Part shown: positions 36,003-47,170 of the stretch, one piece after another
Position numbering within the stretch: the first letter of the stretch is position 1
Layout: the number at the start of each line of letters is the position of its first letter
Assembly (NCBI GenBank): GCA_008632985.1
Contig: QPGO01000049.1
Span: forward strand, 434,001-485,206
Source: Psammoneis japonica
Lineage: Eukaryota
DNA length: 51,206 nucleotides
Direction of reading: 5' to 3'
Made by a program: the position numbers and the translations under genes
The notes under the pieces: model-generated
The model's input: the letters and a program-made list of their open reading frames with translations, nothing else
The model's database searches: none
What the model was told of the DNA's origin: nothing

Positions 36003-36402
36003 GCCACTTCAATCCTCTGAGGTTGATCCTGAGGGTAAAATAGACAAGCTTGTTATCACAATACTTTCTAAGAGTTAAAAGAGATTAATGACTGCTTCAT
36101 CGGCAGTTTTCGTGGTTCACGTGGAACACAACATGAGCGCTGACGCATACGTTTTCTTCACGCTATTTCATTTCGGCATTTGTGCTTCAGATGCACACTT
36201 TCCAACATGCACACTCCTCCTGACCAAGGACAACATTGTTTGCATTTCAAAGTTTGCCCATCTTAGGCACTTGGATGTTCATGATAGTTTGACGATCTTC
36301 ATGATAGTTTGACGATCAACAATGAACTTCTTGCCCACCACAGGCTTGCCGGTCCCCAATCATCTTGTCTGTTGGGCAGAACTTAATCTCAAGTTCTCCA
36401 CG
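36003..36402 (-). mobile_element. Diverged Copia fragment (RNase H tail plus truncated 3' LTR) related to the element at 37356-44297
   Basis: Alignable to ~37855-38235 (e.g. ttgtctgttgggcagaac, gcacttggatgttcatgat, gacaagcttgtt.tcacaat). The LTR end is missing and abuts the CCCTAA tract. Confidence 0.85.
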
Positions 36403-37036
36403 CGTCACTTTGACCTTTCCAATTTCGTCTGCGTAAGTTTTGTCAAGCCAAGTCTAAACTCGTCCACATGCCACTTGTGTCCGACACGCTTCCCATCTCG
36501 CACACCCTCCGCCACTTGCAGTGGGTTGGACCACATGCGTCCCCACGCCACACGACACACTGTGCAGCCCAGGTGGCAAGCCCAGGTCACCGTCATTGGA
36601 GACCAGCACCAGGGTTGGGTGATTGGGAGGGTGCCAGCCATCCAATGGTGAAAAATGCAAGTCAAACGAGGAGAACAACTAACGCAAGTCTAACTTGCCA
36701 ATCAAATGAGGGGCTGACTGCCGACACAAGCCCAACGACATGCGTGTCACATGAGGAGAACGAAATTCTAGTTGCCTGCTGCCACAAGTCTAACATGGAT
36801 CGCGATCGATCTCCGCCAGAGTGGCACTTTCGCAAAAAACCTTGTGCTTGGAGCAAACGTTTTTGGGCTGCTCTGCAGGCTTTGCAACGACAACAAGGCA
36901 GCGAACCGGCATGGGTTGGAGATGGAAATGTTCGAAACCCAGCCACTGAACAAGATCGGCAGACAGCAATGAAAACAATTGCACCGGTTTGCCAGCACTG
37001 TGGTGGAGAATGATCTTTGCCAGCTGCGTTCTCCTC

Positions 37037-37355
37037 TCATGTCTGACATTGCGCAATGCCAACAGTGCCTCTCTTCTTTTCGATGTTTTCCAGTTCGTTG
37101 ATTTGGAGCTGCTCTGACGACATGGACCACAAGAATTTTCCTGTCACGAGGTTTCTCAGGATTCGCAGATGGCAACGGCGTCCAGGAATGAAGTGCTGGG
37201 TGCGGCCGATCTCAACAATCTTCTTGTCGGCAATTTGGAGGACAATGGCGCCATAAAAAGTTCCACGTTCTTTTCCACGTCCATGAATCACAAGCGGCAC
37301 GATGGCGAGTTTCAGCTTTTTCCAGTGCAAGAATGCTCGGTTGTCCCACTCAGCC
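37037..37355 (-). pseudogene. 3' part of the beta-propeller (Beta_propel/PF09826-like) gene, separated from its 5' part by the Copia insertion
   Basis: EWDNRAFLHW...LAIVP...FYGAIVL...EIGR..H...ILRNLV continues in frame from ...GSCSEA at 44298 once one CAGCC copy is removed. Confidence 0.85.
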
Positions 37356-37593
37356 TGTTGGAAATGGCGAATTAAAAGTTCAAACACCAAAATTAGATGG
37401 CGTGAAGAAGACGCATGCGCCAGCGCTCATGTGCTCCATGCGAAGCAACAAAACAGCCGATGGAAGCAGCCATTGTTCTCTTTTGACTCTTGGAAAGTGT
37501 TGCGACAACAAGCTTGTCTATTTTGGCCTCAGGATCAGACCTTGAAGGACTGAGGTGGCTCTGAAATAGTCACCAGAAGGACAAATTGCAACA
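37356..37593 (+). repeat. 5' LTR (238 bp)
   Basis: tgttggaaatgg...aaattgcaaca. Confidence 0.95.
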
Positions 37594-37821
37594 GCCAAAA
37601 GAGAATGATCCAGCTGAGAGCTGTGAAAAGAAAGCAAGAAAGAAAAGAGTCATTCTCACGGTGTGTGAGACATTTTGCTGCTTTGCCTTTTTGTCATGAG
37701 TGGAAGAGGCAGAGGTGGAACTGGCAACAGAAGCCAAGGAAGAGGACCCTCAGGAAGGGGAAACAAGAGTGGCAAGCAAAGCCACAAGGGCGCCAATGGT
37801 TGTGTCCACCATGTTGGAAGT

Positions 37822-38059
37822 TGTTGTAATTTGTCCTTCTGGCAACCATTCCAGAGCCACCTCAGTCCTCTGAGGTCTGATCCTGAGGCCAAAGTGGACA
37901 AGCTTGTTGTCACAATGCTTTCTGAGAGTTAAAAGAGAATGATGACTGCTTCCATCGGCTGTTTTGTTGCTTCACGTGGAGCACATGAGCGCTGGCGCAT
38001 GCGTCTTCTTCACGCTGTCTAATTTTGGTGTTTGAACTTTTGGCCCACCATTTCCAACA
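37822..38059 (-). repeat. Inverted internal 3'-type LTR (238 bp)
   Basis: Reverse complement of the other LTRs, preceded on the minus strand by the purine-rich gcaggagtg. Confidence 0.95.
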
Positions 38060-41000
38060 CACTCCTGCTGACCAATGACAAGATTCTTGCTGTTTCCAAA
38101 TTTGACCATCTTGGGCACTTGGATGTTCATGATGGCTTGACGATCAACAATGGACTTTTTACCAACCACTGGTTTGGTCATGCAATCTGCCATCATCTTG
38201 TCTGTTGGGCAGAACCCAGTCTCAAGTTCTCCTCGCTTGATGAGGTCAGTGATGCAAAAATGCTTGATGTTGAAATGTCTCGTGCGTTTGCCCAAGCTGG
38301 CCTTTCCATTTTGTTCTAGTTTCATGCAACTTTGGTTGTCTCGATGCATGATGTTGCGCTTGACTTCAAAACCTTGAGCTTCAGTGAAACGCTTGGTCCA
38401 AAGGACCTTTGCCAAAACATCGTCTCCTGTGACAATCTCTGCTTCTGTAGAACTCCTGGTGTTGATCTTCTGCTTTGTGCTGACTGATGTAATGACACCT
38501 TTTCCAAGGGTCATGGCAGAACCTGTGTGGCTTTTACAGTCCGGATGGACTGCGAATGCGGCATCCGTGTGCCACTCGACGACAACTTTGTCTCCAGTCG
38601 ACATGACTGCGACATCAAGCTGGGTTGTCTTGAGGAAATTCATGAGCCTCACCAGCTTTGGCCAACCCGATTCGTTCAGATCCTTGACCCTGGTGGAGAG
38701 AAAAGCAATGCCAGGCTGAATGTCCTGTCTGGCTCTCTTGCACACAAACATGCCCTTCATCACAAAAGTGCAAAATGCTCGAGCATGCTTGAGATCTAAT
38801 TTCTTGGCTGTCTCATCCACCTTGTTGAGCTTCTCGCTCCACGGGCAATCCACGTCACCCGACAATTCTTCTGGGAATTCCTTGAAGAACTCCTTGGCCA
38901 TTCCTTGCACACAAAGCACCATGTCAACTTGCAGTGCTCCTGGAATGGAGCAACCTAGAGTCATGGCCAGACAGTCGTGCCTCTTTCCACGCGTGACTTT
39001 GACCTTTCCGATCTCATCCGCGTGAGTTTTGTCCAACCAAATCTTGAATTCATCGTTGACCTTGCTGTCAACATGACCAGACTTTAAATCGTCCACATGC
39101 CATGTCACAGTGTGTTGTTTTCCATTCACGATGCGGTTGGCGACACATGGATCACAAGGATCAATCTCAAATCCGATTCCTTCGATGTCCCTGCTGAACT
39201 TCTTGTGACAAAGAATGGAGGACACCAGCATTCTGCAGAGCGCCTTCAACATTTCAACGTAGAGAACCTTGTGTTTGCCTTCGCACACGACGTGGTCCTG
39301 GCAAGTGTCTGGATCCAATTCCAGCAACATGTCCACCATCCTTCCACGGATCTTCATGATGATCTTTTCATCCTTGACCTCGATGTCCGTTTGCACAAAT
39401 GCGCTCGGGATGTCCGCTGTCATGACGTCTCTGCCTTGCTTGGCATCAATCACTCCTGCAATGAGAGTGGATTCTGTGGATGCTGTCGGACTGGCGGTTT
39501 CGTCTCGGTCCATGCACTCTCGTTGCGTGCTTCCGTTTGCACACAACCTTGACTTGATTCGTCCATCTCTCTTCTCTGTGAGAAACATGAGGCTCTCCAT
39601 GGCTCTCTTCCTCTCCAGAGGAGTCATGTCCTTCATGTGAATGGGTTTGAAAACCACTCTGTCATGGATTTGCTTCAGCTCTGACACTGCCGACTTGTGG
39701 CCTTCTTCTCCAAACTTCTGGAGTCCTCGTGCCAAGCTGTGAGTTTGAACAAATTGCTGTGCAACTTCATCAGTGGAAATCGAGCTAACCTTCTCATTCC
39801 ACTGACACATTGTCATGGCCATGATTCTGGCCGTTTCTAAGCTGCACTCTTCTTCTTGTGAATGAGCTTGAGTCTGTAGATGGCATTGGCAGTCTCCCAA
39901 TCTAACTGGAGGTTTCAGAGTCCTTCCTGCCCTGGATGTAGCAACAGGCTCTTCTTGGACACTTTCTTTGGTTTCACTCTGCTCCTCTCCAGATTCGTCC
40001 TCAGATTCCAGGTCTTTCATTTCGTCGATGATCTCTTGCACTTCTGGAGAGTGTTCCTTCTCTTGTTCCAGCCTCTGTTGTTCATCAATGTGGTCAATCA
40101 TGTCGTCAATTTCTTGTGAAATTCCGCTGCCGTCTGATGGTTGAGAACCAACTTCGTCATTGTCTCCAAGATGCTCATCATTGGAGGTTTCTTCTTGAGT
40201 CTCGTCTTGTTCTTCACTGATGCAGCTGGCTTCTTCATCCAATTCTTGTTCTCGAATTATGTCTTGCAGCTCTTCTTGACTAACTCTGTCGTAGTCTCCC
40301 CAGTCTGGCTCTTCTTCCTCGTCGTCTTCAGTTTCAATGTCTTCTTCTAGATCACAATCTTCGTCTTCAAATTGATCTTCATCATGATCCACTCCTGCAA
40401 GCCAAGCACTGTGGTGCAAAACAGTTCCAGTGCGGTTCTGAATCTTGAGACCGTTGGGCATCTTGTTCATTTCAGCCAAACGATGAACCTGCTTTGTGAT
40501 GGCGGGGGTGATGGGCACAGGTGTGACCTTGCGACGAGTGATCTTCTTGCCGGTTTGCAAGTGCAGCAACTCATGTCCAATCTGGTTGCTGTCGGTGGGG
40601 CGCAAATGAATGCAACCCAAGGTCCGTGACTCTTGGGTGTTCTTGGGGTCCGGGTCATTGTGAGCCTGCACACAAGTGCCGAACGTGATCTTGCAGCTCT
40701 TGTCACAGTCTAGATTCTTTTGATGGAGAATCATTCTCGGACTGTAATGTTTGGAAACGCCGTGCTTGGTTGGAAAATAATTGAGCTTCTTAGCAGCTTC
40801 GGTGACCATGACTTCGACCATGAGTTTTGGCAGATGCTTGAATGGCAGCTGATGATAGACTGCCCTGGCACGTTCTTGAATAACTCGGTTGTTTCTTTCG
40901 GCTTCTGGGACATGCTCTTGAGCATGTGCGCAGTTCATCTTGAGATCAAACTTGTCTTCTAGTGCATTCCCAATGGGCCTGAATTCGTTGTCACAACGAA

Positions 41001-41079
41001 TGCGTGTGACCTTCAAATCGGCCTTGTTGTAGACTTGCAGCACATCTTCCAGAGCTTCTTGATGAGCCAGTTGGGTCAA
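37972..41079 (-). pseudogene. pol: Copia pol (integrase-RT-RNase H), TA-mutated
   Basis: RIRCDNEF, EHVPEAERNNR (INT); KRDGRIKSRLCANGS, ADIPSAFVQT, DPCVANR, TWHVDDLK (RT); TDAAFAVH, NTRSSTEAE, RDNQS, ADCMTKP (RNase H). Tyr is nearly absent, replaced by Cys/His. Confidence 0.95.
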
Positions 41080-42930
41080 GTCCTTGAGCGGTTGTGCCGT
41101 GCGATAAAAAATGTTTCATGACACTGTGGTGAGGAATGGCAATCCATTCACCTTGAGACCGTCCAGGCAAAGAGTGACCTTGTGTTGTGCTGCAATGAGC
41201 TCCTTCAGGATCTCCACGCAGTCTTCTACAACTGGCTCCGGCTTCTGCCTTGTGACCTTGCCTTTTAGACTTCCAATGTCTGGTCCAAAAATCTTCTCGG
41301 CCAAATCTACATCCTCCGTTGTGATGGGATTGTTCTTGATGCTGTTCATGCAAATGATGGCCTTCAGATTGTTCACGGTTGGGTTTCCCAATGCGTGCAA
41401 CAATTCCCCAGCCCTCTTGGCTTTCTCGAACTGTCGTGGAGTGTAGAACTTCTTGTTCTCTTCCACACTCTGCACAAATTGGAGCTGAGTTCCAGTGTCG
41501 TTTGTCTTGGGCTTGTAAACGTGCAGCCCTTTTTCCGTCCTCCTCGAACCTGACCTTCTTGTTGGGGAGATGAACGGTGAATGCATTGTCTTGCTTAGAA
41601 TCACTTGTGATTCTGTGTTTCTTCTTCATGTCAGAGCAAGCAAAAATGTTGGTGATTGCATCTGGGTTGAACCAAGTCTCGCCAAACCCTGGCACCGTGG
41701 CCTTGTGTGTCGTGACTGGGACTCCGCCATTGGTGTGCAAATGCATGGCTTCATCCAACGGACTGATGTCTGCAACGAGCTTCTCATTGCAGAAGATTGT
41801 GGTTGTGGACTGGTTGTCCAATAAAATCCAGTCTCTCATGCTGCCAGATTGATCCTGGTGGAGAGATGCATCGATGTGCATGCCAGCCCATCCTGAAACA
41901 GCAGATTTTGTTCCAGTGGATTCTTTGGCAGAAGAGTTGGCTGCACTGGCATCGTCACTTGCCTGAGCGTTGCTTGCTTCTTGCTTGGCTTTGGCCTTGT
42001 TGATGGCCCATTCTGCTTGAGGTTTTCCTTGCCTTTCCCAGCACTTGTTGGAATTGTGTCTGGCCTTGCCACAGCAGCAACACTTGCCTTCTAACTGAGT
42101 GAAGGACAGCGTGATTTCTTGGTTTTCTTCTTGTTTCTTGGAGTCAGAGTTGTTGTTTTGATTGTTCCTGTTACGGCAGTTGTCAGGCTGACCAACACAG
42201 TCAAAAGTGTGGTTGCTCAACACCGTGTTGGCTTCCACAATGGACTTGGGACATTGGTTGTTCTTGAGGGACTGCTGAGTGTTCAATCCTGTTAGAATTG
42301 ATCCACACTTGCGCTGGTCTGCATTCTCCAAGTGCATGTAACCCATCAATTGGCTGAACGACTTTTCTTGACACTTCTTGACAGAATCCGCATTGTGCTC
42401 GTCAAATTCTGACATGCCTTGCACTGCCTTGGTGAGGACAATTGGTCCTCCAATGTGAGACTTCATGATGTCCCTTGCAACCCTGAATCTCTTGGTGCAA
42501 TCTTGGAGACTCTCCTTCTCCTTCTGCTTGGTTTCCAGCACCGCTCTCATTGAATCTGAGATGACAGCCATGTCACACCTGTGCTCTTGGCAGTTCAATG
42601 CATGCTCCTTAATGGCCTTGAGCAATTCGACAGGATCGTTTTTAATTTTGGTTTGGAACTGTGTTCTTGCTTGAATCTTGTTCTTCATGGCCTTGGAGCA
42701 TCTCTCCCAGAGCAAAGCACAAGCCTTGACAAGGTTGTTCTCACAAGTTTGGGTCCTCTTAATGTGAGCATCAAATTCTGTCTTGAACTCAATTTCATGC
42801 TGTTTGTTCAATGGCATGTCCACCTTGTCATCTCCAGTCAAGCTGACCTGCAAAGTTGGCTTCTTAGAACTCATGTCACATGGAGTGTAAGTGTTGAGTG
42901 CAGTTGCAATGTCATTTCCAAACTCATGAG
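41080..42930 (-). pseudogene. gag: Copia gag-protease region, 5'-truncated and frameshifted
   Basis: EFGNDIATAL; zinc knuckle KCCCCGKARHNSNKC (cf. CYCCG..GH....C); protease WILLDNQST; FYTPRQFEKAKRA, NNPITTEDV.LAEKIFGPDIGSLKGK. Frameshifts near 41535 and 41100. Confidence 0.9.
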
Positions 42931-44058
42931 TCGAAGGAATCGGATTTGAGATTGATCCTTGTGATCCATGTGTCGCCAACCGCATCGTGAATGGAAAACA
43001 ACACACTGTGACATGGCATGTGGACGATTTAAAGTCTGGTCATGTTGACAGCAAGGTCAACGATGAATTCAAGATTTGGTTGGACAAAACTCACGCGGAT
43101 GAGATCGGAAAGGTCAAAGTCATGCGTGGAAAGAGGCACGACCATCTAGCCATGACTCTAGATTGCTCCATTCCAGGAGCACTGCAAGTTGACATGGTGC
43201 TTTATGTGCAAGGAATGGCCAAGGAGTTCTTCAAGGAATTCCCAGAAGAATTGTCGGGTGACGTGGATTGCCCGTGGAGCGAGAAGCTCAACAAGGTGGA
43301 TGAGACAGCCAAGAAATTAGATCTCAATCGTGCTCGAGCATTTTGCACTTTTGTGATGAAAGGGCATGTTTGTGTGCAAGAGAGCCAGACAGGACATTCA
43401 GCCTGGCATTGCTTTTCTCTCCACCAGGGTCAAGGATCCGAATGAATTGGATTGGCCAAAGCTGGTGAGGCTCATGAATTTCCTCAAGACAACCCAGCTT
43501 GATGTCGCAGTCATGTCGGCTGGAGACAAAGTCATCATCGAGTGGCACACGGGTGCCACATTCACAGTCCATCTGGACTGTAAAAGTCACACAGGTTCTG
43601 CCATGACCCTTGGAAAAGGCATCATTGCATCAGTCAGCATGAAGCAGAAGATCAACACCAGGAGTTCTGCAGAAGCAGAGATCATCGCAGGAGACGATGT
43701 TTTGGCAAAGGTCCTTTGGACCAAGCGTTTTGTTGAAGCTCAAGGTTTTGAAGTCGAGCGCAACATCATGCATCGAGACAATCAAAGTTGCATGAAACTG
43801 GAACAAAATGGAAAGGCCAGCTTGGGCAAATGCACAAGACATTTCAACATCAAGTGCTTTTACATCACTGACCTCATCAAGCGAGGAGAACTTGAGATTA
43901 AGTTCTGCCCAACAGACAAGATGATGGCAGATTACATGACCAAACCAGTGGTTGGTAAAAAAGTTCATTGTTGATCGTCAAGCCATCATGAACATCCAAG
44001 TGCCCAAGATGGTCAAATTTGGAAATGGCAAGAATCTTGTCATTGGTCAGCAGGAGTG
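42931..44058 (+). pseudogene. pol: Second copy of Copia RT (3' half)-RNase H, inverted duplicate of 38060-39185
   Basis: Near-identical to the minus-strand copy (EGIGFEIDPCDPCVANR...ADYMTKP), with small indels near 43360 and 43960. Confidence 0.95.
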
Positions 44059-44297
44059 TGTTGGAAATGGTGAGTTAAAAGTTCAAACACCAAAATTAGA
44101 TGGCGTGAAGAAGATGCATGCGCCAGCGCTCATGTGCTCCACATGAAGCAACAAAACAGCCGATGGGAAGCAGTCATTGTTCTCTCCCAACTCTCAGAAA
44201 GTATTGTGACAACAAGCTTGTCCATTTTGGCCTCAGGATCAGACCTTGGAGGACTGAGGTGGCTCTGAAACAGTCACCAGAAGGATGAATTACAACA
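44059..44297 (+). repeat. 3' LTR (239 bp)
   Basis: gcaggagtg|tgttggaaatgg...gaattacaaca|cagcc. Confidence 0.95.
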
Positions 44298-46063
44298 CAG
44301 CCTCGGAGCAGCTTCCTCGGAGTGTCCACACTGTCAGTTCCTTTGGGTTTGTTTCGTCGCTCATGTTGAATGGCGACACCTTGGTTCCCAATGTCCTTCC
44401 ATTTGCAACGTCCTTTCCAACACCGAGGACTCTCCCATCCTCCACTCTGTGAAGATGCGTGCTGAAGCCAGGGATCTTGAGCTCTCCCTTGACTTCAAGC
44501 TTCTTTGGATTTGCCAAGTCGATGATGTGGAGCGGATCCGTTTCCCCAAATGTCACAACGCATGCAATGTCCTTGTGATGTCGCACCGCAAAGATGCGCT
44601 CGCCAACGCCTGGGTCTTCAACAAGGCCCACAGGCTTCAGCAAGCCCTTGTCATCGTCGATCTTGAATGAAGTGACCCTGCTCTTGCTGAGCGACCGCCC
44701 TGTCCACCAAGAGGCCCCGACGGTCGACGCAATGAAGAAGTGGCCGTCGTTCTCGTGCACAGAGAATCGGTTGAGGATGCCACCCTGTGAGCAGCAAACA
44801 AAGACAAGACTTGAGCAAAGCCATGCATTGAAATCCACTCGGGCAGTGAAGCACGCTTGCTTGCGGTGATTTGACCAGATGCTCTGTGTGTCGCCCCCGT
44901 TTTGCTCAGGCTAAATCGGTGGATGCGTGTCTGGCAGTTCGGACCCCAACGGTTGGCGCTGTTGGGCACATTGCCAAATTGGAACTCATTGGTCGTCACG
45001 TGCATCAACTGCTTGGTCACGTGCAAAGCCTCGGCGTTGGAGACAATTGAGTTTGATGACGTTGGAGTCATGAGTTTGTTGAGCGGCAGCGTCACTGCTG
45101 AGAGCATCAAAAAGGCCGAGAACACATCTGGCAAATGGCACAGGTCACTGCATGACCCGCACACGCCAACCTGTGTTTGCTTTCCCTTTTGAAGCTTGTG
45201 GGTTGGCAGCCAATTCCCAGCCCTTGAGCATTCGATGATCTCCTGGTTCCACTTGAGTGTCTGATCTGACTTGTGTGTGCGGTTGGGCCTGTGCAGCCAG
45301 ATGGACTGCAAAGGTTGAATTTGATCACGATTCGTGCAACGCCATCTGTTTCACGCACCTTGACGTATGATCCTTCAAGATGAAGCATTGAAATCAGCTT
45401 CGGCTTGCAGTTCTTGATGCGGATTTGGTGCAAAACAGTCAAGTCCTCACCACGTGACGGATGGCGTCTGTGCTGTTGTTGGACCTTGCGTTTGTAGTTA
45501 CGGTCGCGACCAATGACGATGACAAAGTTCTTTTCGAGCAGCATGTCGTCCGGGCGGGCAGGCAGTTGGATTGTTCCAGCAACTCTTCCGCCCCCACCCT
45601 CGTTGAGGACCTTGATGACGGCCAACTTTGAGCCCGAGATCGCGCACACCATCTCACCATCAGTCTTGACAATGTCGGCCTCGTCGATGCCCTTTACCTG
45701 GACATTGGCACCCGAGAAGTCCTTGCCCTCCTCCTTGCCTTCTTTGTCATCTTCATCGTCGATGAAAGAATTGCCTTTGGTGATGTTTCCCTTTTCAATG
45801 ACTTTGGGGTCTTCGAAAGGCTTGTAGAGCTTTGGCCCAGCAGGCCCGCCCGGACAGCCTGGCTTGCCGGCAAACTCTGGATTTCGGGTCGGTGTGCAGG
45901 CGTTGCGGGAGTTGAGGCCGCATGGACCGATGAGCGGCAGCACCTTGTTGATGTGGCAGTTGTTCATCGCGGTGCAGCTGTCGAAGCTGCTGATGAGCTC
46001 TGGCTGCGAGGTGCAGGGCGACAGAACCAGGGACAAGGCGAGGATGAACGGTGACAACATCAT
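44298..46063 (-). pseudogene. 5' part of a secreted beta-propeller domain gene (Beta_propel/PF09826-like), TA-mutated, with decayed intron 44785-44864
   Basis: Signal peptide MMLSPFILALSLVLS; family motifs FSGANVQVKGIDEADIVKTDG, GGILNRFSVHE.DG, GERIFAVR, VVTFGETDPLHIIDL, GELKIPGFSTHLH; frameshift near 45312. Confidence 0.88.
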
Positions 46064-46399
46064 CGGGGCTGGAAAGAGCAGTGGTTGTTGACAGTTGGTA
46101 ACTTCTTAGGATTGATTGTTTGTGGGAGTGTTGGCGAGAGCAGTCGTTCGAAATCGGGTGATGGGTGATGCGAAGCCGAATTGCTGTGTTCTTCCAACTT
46201 CTCCTCCAGCATGTCAATCAATCGTCAAACACTGAGTTAAGTCATTTCACAAATGCCACACTGCAAACAGTGATTTGAGAATTAAATGATGGGCAAGAAA
46301 GGACTTGAGCTCAGACGTTGTCAATCGATCCGTGACCTCGAACCCACAATCACATGACATGACATTGCTTGGGGCCCTCTGCTGGCAGGAGCACGCAAA

Positions 46400-47170
46400 C
46401 ATTTGTGTGGTGAAAGGGCAATGATGGTCGATTTGAACAATGATCCTCTGTCAAATGTTTCTTTCAAAATGTCCGACCGATGCTGGATTCTCGTTTCTGA
46501 CTGGGGCGGTGTCAGGGAGCAGACATTGCAATGATCATTGACAGTCATTTGCCCAACCTTTTTCCGATGGAGTGCAACAAAGATTTGTTGTGCCATGTGC
46601 CAAAAGACCCATGTGTGTAGACACCCCCCTGCTGTTTTCTTGCATTCTGATTGGATCTGCTGCGTCACAATTTCAAGCGCAGATGGATGATGATGGCTTG
46701 AGGATGATCCCGAGTTGCCCGAATTCCCCCCGCACTGTAGACCCATTCCAGCTGCCATCCTTCATCGACGCGGCATCCACCACTGGACATGCCCATGCCC
46801 TTGCTGGTGCCACCATCGACCACCGCTGTGCCATCCAAACCCTCACAGCCACCAGCTCCACCGAGGCCGAATTCATTGCTTGTGTCACCGCGGCCAAACA
46901 AACCTTGTGCCTCTGTTCAGTGTTGGTGTTGGGCTTTCCTCAAAAGGGACCTGCACCCCTGCACACTGACAACTCATCGGCTGTCAAGAGATGGTCAATC
47001 ACCAAATCCCCACCGAGTGATCACGGCACATTGACACCTGACATTTCGCAATCTAAGACTGGCAGGAGGCCAACAAGATTGTCGCCAGACATGTTCCAGG
47101 TGTCATTGACCCTGCCAATGTGCTTGTCAAGGTTGTGGGATGGATCCTGCATGCCTGCCATGCTCACCGA
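46400..47170 (+). mobile_element. Degenerate Copia RNase H fragment from a different family
   Basis: FIDAA-STTGHAHALAGATIDHR..IQTLTATSSTEAEFIACVTAAKQ...LGFPQKGP..LHTDNSSA. Left boundary approximate. Confidence 0.85.

Larger units (their letters stand above)
37356..44297 (+). mobile_element. Composite Ty1/Copia LTR retrotransposon with three LTRs and an inverted interior, flanked by 5-bp TSD CAGCC
   Basis: CAGCC at 37351-37355 and 44298-44302. LTRs TGTTG...CAACA at 37356-37593 (+), 37822-38059 (-) and 44059-44297 (+). gag start on + at 37696-37821; gag-PR-INT-RT-RH on - at 42930-38060; RT-RH on + at 42931-44058. Confidence 0.95.

Noticed and set aside
39080..39110. RT motif WHVDD as a mutated YVDD
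   Set aside because: It is identical in both copies and, as I recall, WHVDD occurs naturally in some diatom Copia lineages, so it was not used as evidence.
37972..41079. Alternative genetic code or RNA editing as the explanation for missing Tyr
   Set aside because: Neighbouring host genes use Tyr codons and TAG/TGA stops normally, and non-coding LTRs show the same TA>TG/CA changes.
40991..43006. 671-aa minus-strand ORF as a single protein
   Set aside because: Chimeric: its first ~25 codons are the antisense of the plus-strand RT copy across the 42930/42931 junction, and its tail is out of frame after ~41535.
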